The notes: a model not told the origin generated them from the letters alone. A DNA stretch of 64,000 nt from Candidatus Woesearchaeota archaeon (GCA_016845225.1 JAERTB010000010.1:12294-76293), one strand, 5' to 3'. Positions 25,963 through 35,909 are shown, counted from the first letter of the stretch. Translations and numbers: made by a program.

Positions 25963-27063
25963 ATGGTATCAATAATTGGAGCTGGCCCTGTAGGGAATTA
26001 TTTGGCTGCAAAACTTGCAAAAAAAGGATTGAAAGTAGACGTATATGAAGAACATAAAAAGATAGGTGCACCTGTGGCTTGTACTGGAATACTTACTCCC
26101 TATATTAAAGATTTGATGAAAATTGATGAAAATTATATTGTTAATAAAATAAATGAAACTTATGTTTATTCTCCAGATGGAAATCAAGTTAAGATTAAAT
26201 TGAAAAAAAATTATATTGTAGATAGAACTTTATTTGATTCTGCTCTGGCAAAAATCGCTAAATCTGAAGGTGCAAAATATCATTTAGGTAAAAGGCTAAC
26301 TTCTTTGAAGTTAGGTAAACAACATAAATTAAAGTTTGGTAAAGATATCTTTAAAGATTCTACTGTCGTGGGTGCAGATGGGCCTAATACTTTAGTGGGT
26401 AGGAGTGCAGGATTATTTGAAAATAGAAAATTTGTTGCGGGCCATCAAGCAAGAGTTAAACTTAAAGAAAAAATCGATTCTAATGTTGTTGAGTTTTTTT
26501 TAGATAAGGGAAATTATATTGGGTGGCTAGTTCCAGAGACAAATAAGATTGCAAGGATAGGTGTTGCATCGCATAAAAATGTTAATAAATATTTTAATGA
26601 TTTGATGAAACGAAGAGAAGGAAAAATTTTAGGTTGGCAAAGTGGCGCAATTCCAGTCTATGATCATAAAGCCAATATTGAAAACAATGGCATTTATTTA
26701 ATTGGAGATGCTGCAACACAAGTTAAGGCTACAACTTATGGAGGGATAATTCCTGGAATGAAGGCTGCAGATGTTTTAACAGATGTTATTTCTGAAAATA
26801 AATCTGAAGGCTGTTATCAAAAAGGTGTAAAAAATACAATTGGAAAGAATTTATGGTCACACTTGATTATTAGAAAAATTATGAATAGATTTTCTAAAGA
26901 AGATTATAATAAGTTGATTAAATTATGCGAAAAAAAGAGTGTAAAAGATTTGATTTACAAATATGATAGAGAATATGCTTCTAAATTAGTGTTCAAATTG
27001 TTGATTAATCAACCGAAGTTTGCAAGTTTTGCAAAATGTCTATTCAGAAAAGAGATTATTTAG
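25963..27063 (+). CDS. Geranylgeranyl reductase family FAD-dependent oxidoreductase (digeranylgeranylglycerophospholipid reductase-like)
   Basis: MVSIIGAGPVGNYLAAKLAKKGLKVDVYEE (Rossmann GxGxxG), ...GDAA. ORF track starts at 25888; the ATG at ~25963 removes a 23-nt overlap with the peptidase gene. Confidence 0.85.
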   Translation: MVSIIGAGPVGNYLAAKLAKKGLKVDVYEEHKKIGAPVACTGILTPYIKDLMKIDENYIVNKINETYVYSPDGNQVKIKLKKNYIVDRTLFDSALAKIAKSEGAKYHLGKRLTSLKLGKQHKLKFGKDIFKDSTVVGADGPNTLVGRSAGLFENRKFVAGHQARVKLKEKIDSNVVEFFLDKGNYIGWLVPETNKIARIGVASHKNVNKYFNDLMKRREGKILGWQSGAIPVYDHKANIENNGIYLIGDAATQVKATTYGGIIPGMKAADVLTDVISENKSEGCYQKGVKNTIGKNLWSHLIIRKIMNRFSKEDYNKLIKLCEKKSVKDLIYKYDREYASKLVFKLLINQPKFASFAKCLFRKEII

Positions 27064-27775
27064 TCTCTTTTTCTGAATTTGTTCCTTTAGTTTCTTCAGA
27101 GGTTTTCTTTTTTGGAAGTCTTGAAATTCCATACCCTGCTGCTAATGCTGCAAAGATGCCTAATGCATATAATCCATTAGTTGAATTTCCTTCTTCAGAT
27201 CTAAGAACTTGATGTTCTTGGTCTGCGTAAATTCCTTGTCTTCCATTTAATCTGATTGTTAAATCGTCATCTGTTCCAACGTAATGTCCTTTAATTTTTC
27301 CATTTTCTAAGAATGGAACCCATCTTTCTGTTGGATTTTTTTCAGATATAAGATATAGCTGACTTTCATCTAAAATTACGTTTCCATTATCTTCTACAAT
27401 ATAATCAATTGTTCCAGAAGTAATTCCTTGTCTTGTCACTGGAGATAATAGATTTCTTTGTACTCTTGGTGTAGTTGCAGAACTTAAGTTATTTTGATTA
27501 GTTTTTTGTTGAGTATTTGGAGTTACTGAAATTGTTGCTGGTTGTTGTGGTGCAGTTTGATATGTTGCACTCCTTATACTAACTTCTGGAGATGTCCAGT
27601 AGTTTGCTTCAGCCGCTTCAGCCCCATTAATATGTGTTGCTCCATAAAGTGCTAATCCTGCAATTCCTGCTAATATAATCTCTTTTGCGGTTTTTGGTAA
27701 CTCGCTTAATTTTTTAGTACAATTCACAGTACTCTCTACTATTTCTTCCATGCTTTTTGGTTTTTCGTTTGACAT
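27056..27775 (-). CDS. Bitopic surface protein, paralog A of a divergent pair (unknown family)
   Basis: N-terminal cytoplasmic segment, TM IILAGIAGLALYGATH, motif AEANYWTSPEV, Thr/Gln-rich region, C-terminal hydrophobic segment LYALGIFAALAAGYGISRLPKKK then a Lys/Glu tail. Confidence 0.5.
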   Translation of the reverse strand: MSNEKPKSMEEIVESTVNCTKKLSELPKTAKEIILAGIAGLALYGATHINGAEAAEANYWTSPEVSIRSATYQTAPQQPATISVTPNTQQKTNQNNLSSATTPRVQRNLLSPVTRQGITSGTIDYIVEDNGNVILDESQLYLISEKNPTERWVPFLENGKIKGHYVGTDDDLTIRLNGRQGIYADQEHQVLRSEEGNSTNGLYALGIFAALAAGYGISRLPKKKTSEETKGTNSEKETK

Positions 27776-27845
27776 TTTAATTATATATCCTCCAATAGTT
27801 ATTTTGTAGTTTCTTTATTTATAAGAGTTTCTATCTGTAGTTACT

Positions 27846-27873
27846 AACTAGTAGTCATTGTATCTGACTAGTT
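27846..27873. promoter_or_regulatory. Imperfect palindrome (AACTAGT-AGTCA-ttgtatc-TGACT-AGTT) in the shared upstream region of the divergent paralog pair
   Basis: aactagtagtcattgtatctgactagtt; inverted repeats AACTAGT/ACTAGTT and AGTCA/TGACT, central between the two start codons (27775 and 27927). Confidence 0.4.
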
Positions 27874-27926
27874 TTGTCTAAAAATGCTTAAATAGCCTAA
27901 TTGGCTCTGAATTTTAGGTTTTAAAT

Positions 27927-28580
27927 ATGTCTGAGAATAATGAGCCCTCTACAATGGCAGATATTGTTAGAGGGATCGGCGATGTTGCTAGGGAAATGTC
28001 TAAATGGCCAAAAACTCTGAAGGAAATATGTCTTGCAGGTTTAGCTGGACTGTGTTTGTATGGTGCTACCCATCTTGGAAAAGAAGAAGAGTATACTGAA
28101 GCAAATTATTGGAATTCTGATGAAGTTAGAAGTTCTGTTTATGGTTCTGGATCTAGTGGAAATAAACTTGGATATTCTGCTGAAAATAATCGGGAAGGAC
28201 TTACTGGAATTATTCAAGAGTTTTATGCTTCAGATTTAGAAAACACAATTAATCTTGCAGGAACAATGCATGATGTTGGAGGAATGGCTGCAGCTGTCGC
28301 AATCGGAGGTTCAAAGTATCTTGGTGTTCCTGGACTGGTTGGCGCTTATGGAGTGATGATGGTGCCAGAAATTGTTAATTACTTTAGTGATAATTATAAT
28401 TTTTCAGAATTTAGTGGTGAAGCAGGAAAAGATGTTTTATGTTTATTAGGTGCTTATTGTGTTGGCAAAGTTATTGGGCTTTTTTCTACTAATGAAAATA
28501 CTCAAAAAATAACAAAATCCAATAAAACCACAAAAAATTCTAATAAAAAGAAGTGGACGCCTTGGTATGAAAGAGAGTAG
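27927..28580 (+). CDS. Bitopic surface protein, paralog B of the divergent pair
   Basis: ICLAGLAGLCLYGATH, TEANYWNSDEV; C-terminal hydrophobic segment then Lys/Asn/Thr-rich tail. Confidence 0.5.
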   Translation: MSENNEPSTMADIVRGIGDVAREMSKWPKTLKEICLAGLAGLCLYGATHLGKEEEYTEANYWNSDEVRSSVYGSGSSGNKLGYSAENNREGLTGIIQEFYASDLENTINLAGTMHDVGGMAAAVAIGGSKYLGVPGLVGAYGVMMVPEIVNYFSDNYNFSEFSGEAGKDVLCLLGAYCVGKVIGLFSTNENTQKITKSNKTTKNSNKKKWTPWYERE

Positions 28581-28640
28581 TTCATTAGCAAGATTTAAAT
28601 AATGTTGTAGCCTATTTAAATCTCAGAGGTGTAATGAATT

Positions 28641-29855
28641 ATGGTTGTTAAAAGGAGATTATTTTCTAAAAAAGGACAAGCGGAAAATGCTGCTTCTTTA
28701 GTTTTGATTATTGGGGTATTTATTATTGCATATTTGGTTTTAATGCCTGTAGAAGATAAAAGAGAAATGATGGGAGAATCTCCATTGCCTTCTCAAACAA
28801 ATTTGCCTCCTCTTGGACAAGGATATGGTAATTCATTGAAAGTAGGTAATTTATTAAGTGAAAGTCCTGGTCTAATGGATCCAATTTTAGAAACAATAAC
28901 TCAAACAAATTTGGCAAGTGTGGATTTGTTCTCCGTTGAAAGTCAAAGTTTTGAAAATATTGCAACCAATATTCATTTAGAAAATAGTTTAGTTTCAGAA
29001 GATGAAGCAGAGTTTACATTTGTTTTGGATGATTTGAATAATTTAGAAGATGTTAGATTATTATTCTTTGTTTTAGATTATAAGGGAGAGTTAGAAGTTA
29101 AATTGAATGGTGTGAAAGTTCTTAGTGGGGAAATTACAAGCGATGTGCTTCCAATTACACTTCCTCGTTCTTTGCTTGGTAGAATTAATAGACTTAGTTT
29201 TGAAGTTGAAGGTCCAAATGTTTTCCAATTTATGACTGTTAATTACTATGAATTAAAAGATGTAATGCTGGTTAAAAATTATTTAGTAGAAAATAATGCA
29301 GAATTTAGACAATTTGTTTTAACAGAAGATGAATTAAAAAATATGAATCATGCGTCATTGGTTTATAGGCTTAATTGTATGTCTTTAAATTATCAAGGAA
29401 GAATTATGGTTAAACTAAATGGAAGGGTTGTTCAAAATTCTTTAGCAGTTTGTGATGCAGGATTTACTGAAATTGATTTTAGCTTGGCAGAACTGGTTGA
29501 AGGAAGAAATATTCTTGAATTTGGAGTGGATCAAGGACATTATGTTATGGAAAATTTAGCTGTTGAATCAGATTATAGTTCCCAAGAATATCCTAGATAT
29601 TATTTTTCAGTTCAAGTTGAAACCATGAAAGATATTTTTGATGGCGATGATATAACTTTGCAATCTAATTTTGAAAATGATGGGAAAAGAAAATCAGGAA
29701 CCTTTTATGTGAATGGATATCCTATTTATTTTGATACTTACACTTCAGAGTTTACAGCAGATTTGAATGGTTTGATTTATGAAGGTCAAAATGTAATTTC
29801 AATTATTCCTGAAACTAAGTTTGAAATGTTAAACTTGAATGTATTTATGGAATAG
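28641..29855 (+). CDS. Large pilin-like protein with class III signal peptide
   Basis: MVVKRRLFSKKG|QAENAASLVLIIGVFIIAYLVLMPV; 404 aa. Confidence 0.6.
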   Translation: MVVKRRLFSKKGQAENAASLVLIIGVFIIAYLVLMPVEDKREMMGESPLPSQTNLPPLGQGYGNSLKVGNLLSESPGLMDPILETITQTNLASVDLFSVESQSFENIATNIHLENSLVSEDEAEFTFVLDDLNNLEDVRLLFFVLDYKGELEVKLNGVKVLSGEITSDVLPITLPRSLLGRINRLSFEVEGPNVFQFMTVNYYELKDVMLVKNYLVENNAEFRQFVLTEDELKNMNHASLVYRLNCMSLNYQGRIMVKLNGRVVQNSLAVCDAGFTEIDFSLAELVEGRNILEFGVDQGHYVMENLAVESDYSSQEYPRYYFSVQVETMKDIFDGDDITLQSNFENDGKRKSGTFYVNGYPIYFDTYTSEFTADLNGLIYEGQNVISIIPETKFEMLNLNVFME

Positions 29856-29864
29856 GTGTTTTGA

Positions 29865-31346
29865 ATGAGTGAATCTAATAAAAATAATTCTAAATCTTCC
29901 TTTGGTTATTCTTCTAGTGGGAAAAGTTCTTCAAAGTTAGATGGTGGGACAATTTTCAAAATTCTTTTTTTTGGTGGTTTGGGAATCGCCGGTCAATTTA
30001 TTGTAAATTTGGGTTGGTGGATTTGGATTCCTATCGGATTGTTATTGATTTTTACTATACTTAGGGCAATAATTCCTCCTGCCGCATATGATTTGATTAA
30101 ATCTATTTTTCTATGGGTTTCATTTGGAATTATTATTCTTTATGTGATTTATTTTGGAAAGGCTGCATACCAAAGCGGTGCATGGAAAGGTGGAACTACT
30201 GTATTGGAAGAATCTGGAGTCGATAAAGCTGCAAAATCTACTGGCGGTGGATTAATGGATTATATCAGAAATCCTCAAAAATTATTTTATGATTATTATT
30301 CATGGGATAGCCCAAAATCTACTGAAAAAAAAGAAATGAAGGGTATTGAATTTTTTGGAGTGGAGACGAGAAGAGATGAATTCAAGGAAGGGATGAACAT
30401 TATAGTTACTGGGACTGCAAAAGTTTCTGCAATGAAAGACAAAGATACGATTGTTAGTTTTGGATGTGGGTTTGATGAAGAAGATTTTGATGAAAAGATA
30501 AAAAATGAAAATTATAATCCTAAAGGATTGTTAAAACTTAGAGGGATAGAAGGAAATTCTATTACTGTATATGCTGGAAGAAATGAAGTTGTGGATTTTG
30601 TATGTGAACTTAAAGGAGTAGATTTAGATTTGGGTGATAGTGGAATAACTGATGAAGATAAGAGAAAAGATGAAATTGAAGATATTAGAACTTTTGTTGT
30701 AAGTATAGAAGGAGTTTATAGTGATTTTGTTACCACTAGTTTACTTAAAGTATATAATCTTCAAAGAGAAAAGTTAAATCAAATGAAGAATCCTTTTGAA
30801 GATGTTAAAGAACCATTACTTGATTCAAATTTTAAAATGAGAGGCCAATGTTTGTCTGGATGTGGGTTAACAAGATTAGCATTAAAAACATCTAAACAAC
30901 CTCAGACAGAAGTAGGATCATACTCTCTTAGTATGAGTTTAAGAAAAGATGCAGACTGGTACGGAGATATCAAAGAAGTTAAGAGCTTAGAAGTAATGAC
31001 GCCTCAAAATTTTGAATTAATTGCATGTGAAAACTTTGGAGGAGATGCAATTTTTGATGATGCAGATAGTCCTTATTTTGAAACATTGAATGAAAAAATT
31101 AAAGATGATTACGGTACAGCTTCAGATTATGCATTTTATTGTGATTACAGAATTTCAAGACCAAGAGTATTTATTGGATTTGATGAATTTATGGTCAAGG
31201 CAACTTATGATTATTTAGTGACTACAAAGAAAACAATTAATATAATAGAAACAAGAGATTTGCAAGGAATAAACAATATTGCTCAGAGCGACGGCATTGT
31301 TCCTGATTTTGAAGATTATGAAGAGGCAAATTATTATGAGGTTTAA
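29865..31346 (+). CDS. Membrane protein (Ser-rich N-terminus, 3-4 TM) with large C-terminal soluble domain
   Basis: 493 aa; starts 10 nt after the previous gene. Confidence 0.55.
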   Translation: MSESNKNNSKSSFGYSSSGKSSSKLDGGTIFKILFFGGLGIAGQFIVNLGWWIWIPIGLLLIFTILRAIIPPAAYDLIKSIFLWVSFGIIILYVIYFGKAAYQSGAWKGGTTVLEESGVDKAAKSTGGGLMDYIRNPQKLFYDYYSWDSPKSTEKKEMKGIEFFGVETRRDEFKEGMNIIVTGTAKVSAMKDKDTIVSFGCGFDEEDFDEKIKNENYNPKGLLKLRGIEGNSITVYAGRNEVVDFVCELKGVDLDLGDSGITDEDKRKDEIEDIRTFVVSIEGVYSDFVTTSLLKVYNLQREKLNQMKNPFEDVKEPLLDSNFKMRGQCLSGCGLTRLALKTSKQPQTEVGSYSLSMSLRKDADWYGDIKEVKSLEVMTPQNFELIACENFGGDAIFDDADSPYFETLNEKIKDDYGTASDYAFYCDYRISRPRVFIGFDEFMVKATYDYLVTTKKTINIIETRDLQGINNIAQSDGIVPDFEDYEEANYYEV

Positions 31347-32301
31347 AGAGATTCAAATCGGAATTTTAGTTTTATCATTGCTAATCCTTACAGGTTGCGA
31401 TGCACAATTACCTTTTACAGAGGGAATTCAAAAAGATGCCTCTCCTACAAGTATTGGCAGTTCCAAAAGGGGAGTAGTTCTTGAATTCCAACAAGGCAAG
31501 CCTCAGAATGAAATCTTTGGAGATTTTTTAGTTGGTTTGGATATTGCTAATTATATGGATGAAGCTGTTTCTGTAACTGTTGATGTGTGGGATGTTAGCC
31601 CTTTACAAGGATTTACAGACAAGGAAGGAGTTTCTTATTTCCTTGAACCTGCGATATATGATCTTGGCAAATTTTATAGTCCCTTTGTTGAAAAATATAA
31701 TCTAGGCATGTTTAATTATCAAAATGTAAAGGCGGGAGATTACACTCAATTTTTAGCAGAATTAACTTATGGTGTTAATGCAGATGTAGATGTTAATTTT
31801 TGTATTACTAATCCAGATTATGAAAAAGATTCTTCTTGTCCATTAAGTGAAACTTTATCTGGTTCAAAATTGGGAGATAAAAATTCAAAATATCCTGTAA
31901 CTATTAAGAGTATAAAAAAATCAATTTACGGTGCTGATGAAAGTTCAGTATTTCTTAATCTAGATATAGCAATTTCAAATGAAGGTAAAGGTGAATTAGT
32001 AAATTCTCTTGGAGAAAGTATCTTCGATGACGAAATTGTGAACTTTAATATTTATGCTTTATCTGATTCTTTAGAATTTACTTGCAGATCTGATGAATCT
32101 GTGGATCATTATGGGGAGTTTGATTCCGATGTTAAATCTCTTCCAATGAATTTGAAGTTAAGAAGATCAGGTTCAACAAAAGTTACATGCACTTCTACTG
32201 TATCTATCGATGAACCTATTAAAGATATGCGAATAAAAATTACTACAGATTATGATTATTCCTATAAAACTGCTACACGCAAGATTGAGGTGAAAGGTTA
32301 G
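31336..32301 (+). CDS. Predicted lipoprotein (lipobox LTGC), paralog 1
   Basis: MRFKEIQIGILVLSLLILTG-C-DAQLP; overlaps the previous gene by ~11 nt. ORF track start 31279 is upstream in frame. Confidence 0.55.
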   Translation: MRFKEIQIGILVLSLLILTGCDAQLPFTEGIQKDASPTSIGSSKRGVVLEFQQGKPQNEIFGDFLVGLDIANYMDEAVSVTVDVWDVSPLQGFTDKEGVSYFLEPAIYDLGKFYSPFVEKYNLGMFNYQNVKAGDYTQFLAELTYGVNADVDVNFCITNPDYEKDSSCPLSETLSGSKLGDKNSKYPVTIKSIKKSIYGADESSVFLNLDIAISNEGKGELVNSLGESIFDDEIVNFNIYALSDSLEFTCRSDESVDHYGEFDSDVKSLPMNLKLRRSGSTKVTCTSTVSIDEPIKDMRIKITTDYDYSYKTATRKIEVKG

Positions 32302-32333
32302 TTTTTTAAATAAAGCAAACTAAGAAATTAAAG

Positions 32334-33290
32334 ATGGTGAGTAATAAAGGAAGGTTAATTTCAGTATTTTTTATATTAGTTGTTGCTTTGTTCTTAACTG
32401 GATGTGAGCAAGTAGAAGAAACTACAACTTTAGAGGGCCCATATGTTGGTGGATCCGATGGTTTGAAATTTTCATTTCAAGAATATGAACCTCCTCAAAC
32501 AGTTTTAGACGATTCTCAAGAAGATTTTTTCATTACATTAGTTGTAAAAAATATGGGAGAATATACAATCCCTGAAGAAGGAATTATTGCTTCATTGAGC
32601 GGCATTGATGCAAATGCATTTGGATTAAATTCATTGAATACAGTTAGCGAAATTCCTGTTACAGGCGTTGCAAATGATCAAGGATATTTTATTGAAGGTG
32701 GAGAAGAGTTATTAGAGTTTGACGAAGCAGAATATGTTAATGATGTTGCTGCTAGTTTTGATGTAACTTTAAGAGCAGATGTTTGTTATGAATATGAAAC
32801 TGAAGCTTTAGCGCATTTATGTTTGAAGGAAAATGTAGTTAAAAAATCAATTGAAGATGTTTGCGAAACAAACAATCCTGAGTTAGGAGTTTACAATTCT
32901 GGAGCACCAATACAAGTATCTGGATTAAGACAGAAAGCAGTTGGAGCAAATAGAGTTCAAATAGTATTTACTGTTCAAAATGTTGGAGGAGGATTAGTTT
33001 ACCTTCCAGAAACATTCACTGAATCCTGTAAGGGAATGGACGATAATATTGATAAATTAAAGGTTACATTAAGAAATCCTCAAGATAATTTTGAAGCAGA
33101 ATGTAGTGCATTCGGAAAATCTGCTAGTGGAGAATTAAGATTAGTTAATGATAGAAAAGAGATTACTTGTAACATTGATACTACTGATTTACAAGAAGTG
33201 AGTTATCAAGATTTATTGATAATTGACTTAGAATATATGTACAGAGACCATGTTAGAACTGCTTTAACAGTACAAAACGCTCTTACTTAA
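32334..33290 (+). CDS. Predicted lipoprotein (lipobox LTGC), paralog 2
   Basis: MVSNKGRLISVFFILVVALFLTG-C-EQVEE; mature part has the same block order as 31336..32301. Confidence 0.55.
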   Translation: MVSNKGRLISVFFILVVALFLTGCEQVEETTTLEGPYVGGSDGLKFSFQEYEPPQTVLDDSQEDFFITLVVKNMGEYTIPEEGIIASLSGIDANAFGLNSLNTVSEIPVTGVANDQGYFIEGGEELLEFDEAEYVNDVAASFDVTLRADVCYEYETEALAHLCLKENVVKKSIEDVCETNNPELGVYNSGAPIQVSGLRQKAVGANRVQIVFTVQNVGGGLVYLPETFTESCKGMDDNIDKLKVTLRNPQDNFEAECSAFGKSASGELRLVNDRKEITCNIDTTDLQEVSYQDLLIIDLEYMYRDHVRTALTVQNALT

Positions 33291-33311
33291 TCTTATAAAT
33301 TCTAGTTTCTT

Positions 33312-33881
33312 TTGTTTTTTATGTCTATTAGTTTGAAGATTTTGAAGAAAAAGTATTCTGGTTGTAGACAGTGTCAGGAATTAGTTAAAAATCGGTCTTC
33401 AGTGGTGTTTGGATCTAAACATATGAATGCTTCTAAGGTTCTCATTATTGGTGAGGCTCCTGGGAAAAAGGAAGATGAATTGGAAGTTCCTTTTGTGGGA
33501 AGAAGTGGAGAAATTCTTAATGGATTTTTAGAAGAAATTGGGTTGTCAAGAGATGAAGTTTTTATTACAAATACTATTTTGTGTAGGCCTCCAAAAAATA
33601 GAAATCCAAAAATACAAGAGTTGAAAAATTGTAAGACCAGACTTAATGAGTGTATTAAATTAGTTGATCCAGAAGTTATAATTACCTTAGGTAATTTTTC
33701 TACACAATATTTGCTCAACACTAAAGAAGGGATTACTATGCTAAGAGGTAAAATCTATGAAAAGGAAGGATATAAAATTTTGCCCATGTTGCATCCTGCA
33801 AATTTATTATATAACGGAATGTCTAAAAAGTTAGTTAAACAATTTAGATCAGATTTTAAAAAAGTAAAACAATTGATTTAA
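33312..33881 (+). CDS. Uracil-DNA glycosylase, family 4 (Fe-S type)
   Basis: CRQCQEL...VVFGSKHMNASKVLIIGEAPGKKEDELEVPFVGRSGEIL (Cys pair plus GEAPG motif) and C-terminal HPANLLYN. TATA cttataaat ~20 nt before ATG ~33321. Confidence 0.8.
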   Translation: MFFMSISLKILKKKYSGCRQCQELVKNRSSVVFGSKHMNASKVLIIGEAPGKKEDELEVPFVGRSGEILNGFLEEIGLSRDEVFITNTILCRPPKNRNPKIQELKNCKTRLNECIKLVDPEVIITLGNFSTQYLLNTKEGITMLRGKIYEKEGYKILPMLHPANLLYNGMSKKLVKQFRSDFKKVKQLI

Positions 33882-34675
33882 CCGATATAGTGGTGTGTTT
33901 TTCCATTTGTTTCTTCTGGAATGTTTTTTGTTTTCTTAGTTCTTTTTTTAATTTTAATATTTTTTTTCTTTGTAGGAGTTTTACTTTTAGGAACATTTAT
34001 TTCTAAATCCTTATCTATCTTTTTTTCTTTCAATTTTAATTCTAATTTTTTGTTAAGGTGTTTGATTATTTTCTTTGCTTCTTTTATTCCAATGTATCCC
34101 GGACTTTCAAAAGTTTCTGCTAGTAGGGTTATTGCAGGAATTTTTCTTGTGCCTGCTAATCCTGGTAAAAGGCCCGTTACTCCAACAATTGGACCAATAA
34201 TTTCATGAAGTTCTTTTTTAGGTTTAGCTCCTGCACTATATTTTTTTAATATTTTTGGATTATTTGCTGCAAAATATATTGATGGATCCTTTGGAACTTC
34301 TTGAAGAGCTATTCCACCTAAAGTAATGATCTCTTTTCCCTTTGATTTTTCAAACGTGTCTAATATTTGATTACAAAATCTATGACAGGATGTTTCATTT
34401 GTAGGTTGAATATCTCCTGAAAGTAATAAAATTTGTTTTTTATTTATTGTTGCTAAGTATAACTCTATGTTTGGAAGCTCAATTAAATTGTCTTCATTTA
34501 CGAAAACATAGTGAGGTAAATCTTCTGAACTAAGTTCTAAGATTTTCTTTGCTTTTAATGCATCAATCAAATATTCTACTGTAATTTTTCCTACGTTTCC
34601 AACTCCAGGAAGTCCTTCTATTAACGTAGGGTTTTTTATTTTAGTTTTTGAAACTGTATTTATTTTCCAACTCAT
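33878..34675 (-). CDS. PAC2 (proteasome assembly chaperone 2)-family protein
   Basis: N-terminal LIEGLPGVGNVGKI signature of the PAC2/COG1938 family. Confidence 0.7.
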   Translation of the reverse strand: MSWKINTVSKTKIKNPTLIEGLPGVGNVGKITVEYLIDALKAKKILELSSEDLPHYVFVNEDNLIELPNIELYLATINKKQILLLSGDIQPTNETSCHRFCNQILDTFEKSKGKEIITLGGIALQEVPKDPSIYFAANNPKILKKYSAGAKPKKELHEIIGPIVGVTGLLPGLAGTRKIPAITLLAETFESPGYIGIKEAKKIIKHLNKKLELKLKEKKIDKDLEINVPKSKTPTKKKNIKIKKRTKKTKNIPEETNGKTHHYIG

Positions 34676-34842
34676 TTTAATTGTCCTTTTTCTATTTTTG
34701 CTAATCTTCTATAGTGGCCGTATTTATCTTCCGGACTGTATTTTGCAGGTTTATTTGTATATGTTTTAGAACCGCATTTTTTACATTCCTTTTCTAATGT
34801 ATATGTATCACACTCTAAACATTTTAGAATTTCTGTTTTCAT
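34672..34842 (-). CDS. nop10: H/ACA RNP protein Nop10
   Basis: Reverse strand encodes MKTEILKCLECDTYTLEKECKKCGSKTYTNKPAKYSPEDKYGHYRRLAKIEKGQLK (zinc ribbon plus PxxFSPED-like motif). Not in the ORF track (<60 aa). Start overlaps the aIF2-alpha stop (ATGA); stop overlaps the PAC2 start. Confidence 0.8.
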   Translation of the reverse strand: MKTEILKCLECDTYTLEKECKKCGSKTYTNKPAKYSPEDKYGHYRRLAKIEKGQLK

Positions 34843-35636
34843 TTCTTAACTTTATGAACTTTTAGTTCCCCTTTTGCCTTTTTTATTTCTTTTTCAATTA
34901 CTTCAATGATCTCTTCAGTTTGAGCTTCAATCTCTTTTGGGTTTGGAGATGTAACAGATAATAGATAATTTGGAGCAGATACATAAGTTAGAGTTAAATT
35001 ATATTTTTTTTCTTTAGCGTATTTATTTGCTTTTTCTAAAGATTTTTTAATAATCTCAATTCCCTCTCCTGAAGGACAGGTGATTTCTAAATTTTTTGTT
35101 TCTTTGATTTCTTTTGGTTTTAATCTAACCTTAATTGTTTCTTCTAAAGATTTTGCTAATTTTTTATCTATGCCTACTTCTTCTAGGGGACTTTCATCTA
35201 ATTCTTCTGCAACTGTTTGAAATGCCTCTGAAATTGATTCATAAGTTCCTTTAATTTTTTCATTAATTAGCTTGTATGTTTTATCTACATCTAGTTTTAA
35301 TTGTTTTGCACTGGATTCAATTATCTTAAGACATTTGTCTCTTAGCTTATCTTCTTTTATTTTGTTTAATTTTTGTCCAGTGGTTACTCTTCTTAGAGAC
35401 AAATCTAGGTTTCCATATCTTTCATTTTTTCTTAGAACTTTGCAAATAATTTTTTTGTTTTCTTTTACAAAATCTCTTATGGTTCTGATTCTTCCTGGAG
35501 AAATTTCTGAGATATGGATAATTCCTTCTTGCTCATACTCATCAAGCTTAACAAAAACAGTGGTTTTTAATATCTTTTTTACTGTACATGCAACAATCTC
35601 CCCTTCACTAGGGAAGCCTGATTTCTTTTGATGCAT
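34839..35636 (-). CDS. eif2a: Translation initiation factor 2 subunit alpha (aIF2-alpha)
   Basis: N-terminal S1 domain (PSEGEIVACTVKKI...GIIHISEIS), helical and C-terminal alpha-beta domains. Conserved S27e-aIF2alpha-Nop10 order. Confidence 0.9.
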   Translation of the reverse strand: MHQKKSGFPSEGEIVACTVKKILKTTVFVKLDEYEQEGIIHISEISPGRIRTIRDFVKENKKIICKVLRKNERYGNLDLSLRRVTTGQKLNKIKEDKLRDKCLKIIESSAKQLKLDVDKTYKLINEKIKGTYESISEAFQTVAEELDESPLEEVGIDKKLAKSLEETIKVRLKPKEIKETKNLEITCPSGEGIEIIKKSLEKANKYAKEKKYNLTLTYVSAPNYLLSVTSPNPKEIEAQTEEIIEVIEKEIKKAKGELKVHKVKK

Positions 35637-35824
35637 TAGGTTAATACCTCAAGAATTCTAGCCTTAATAATTCCTTTTCCGCTACTTGGTTCTGCAAGAA
35701 CTTTTCCACAAACTGTACAAATTACATTTGTTGAAGGTTTTCCAAAAATTACTTGGTCATTCTTACATTTTGAGCAACATACTTTTATGAATTTGCTTTT
35801 TGGTTCTTTGATTAATTCTGTCAT
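35636..35824 (-). CDS. rps27e: Ribosomal protein S27e
   Basis: C4 zinc finger CSKCKN...CTVCG, 62 aa. Confidence 0.9.
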   Translation of the reverse strand: MTELIKEPKSKFIKVCCSKCKNDQVIFGKPSTNVICTVCGKVLAEPSSGKGIIKARILEVLT

Positions 35825-35909
35825 TTTATGGTTTTTCTTCCACTTTTCTTTATAAATTTTGTCTTTTGATGCTCCATAATGTTTAAATATGAGTTTATTT
35901 ATAAATTGA

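Noticed and set aside
33374-34208. ORFs 33374..33721 (-) and 33921..34208 (+)
   Set aside because: Embedded antisense in the family 4 UDG and PAC2 genes respectively, both of which have clear conserved motifs.
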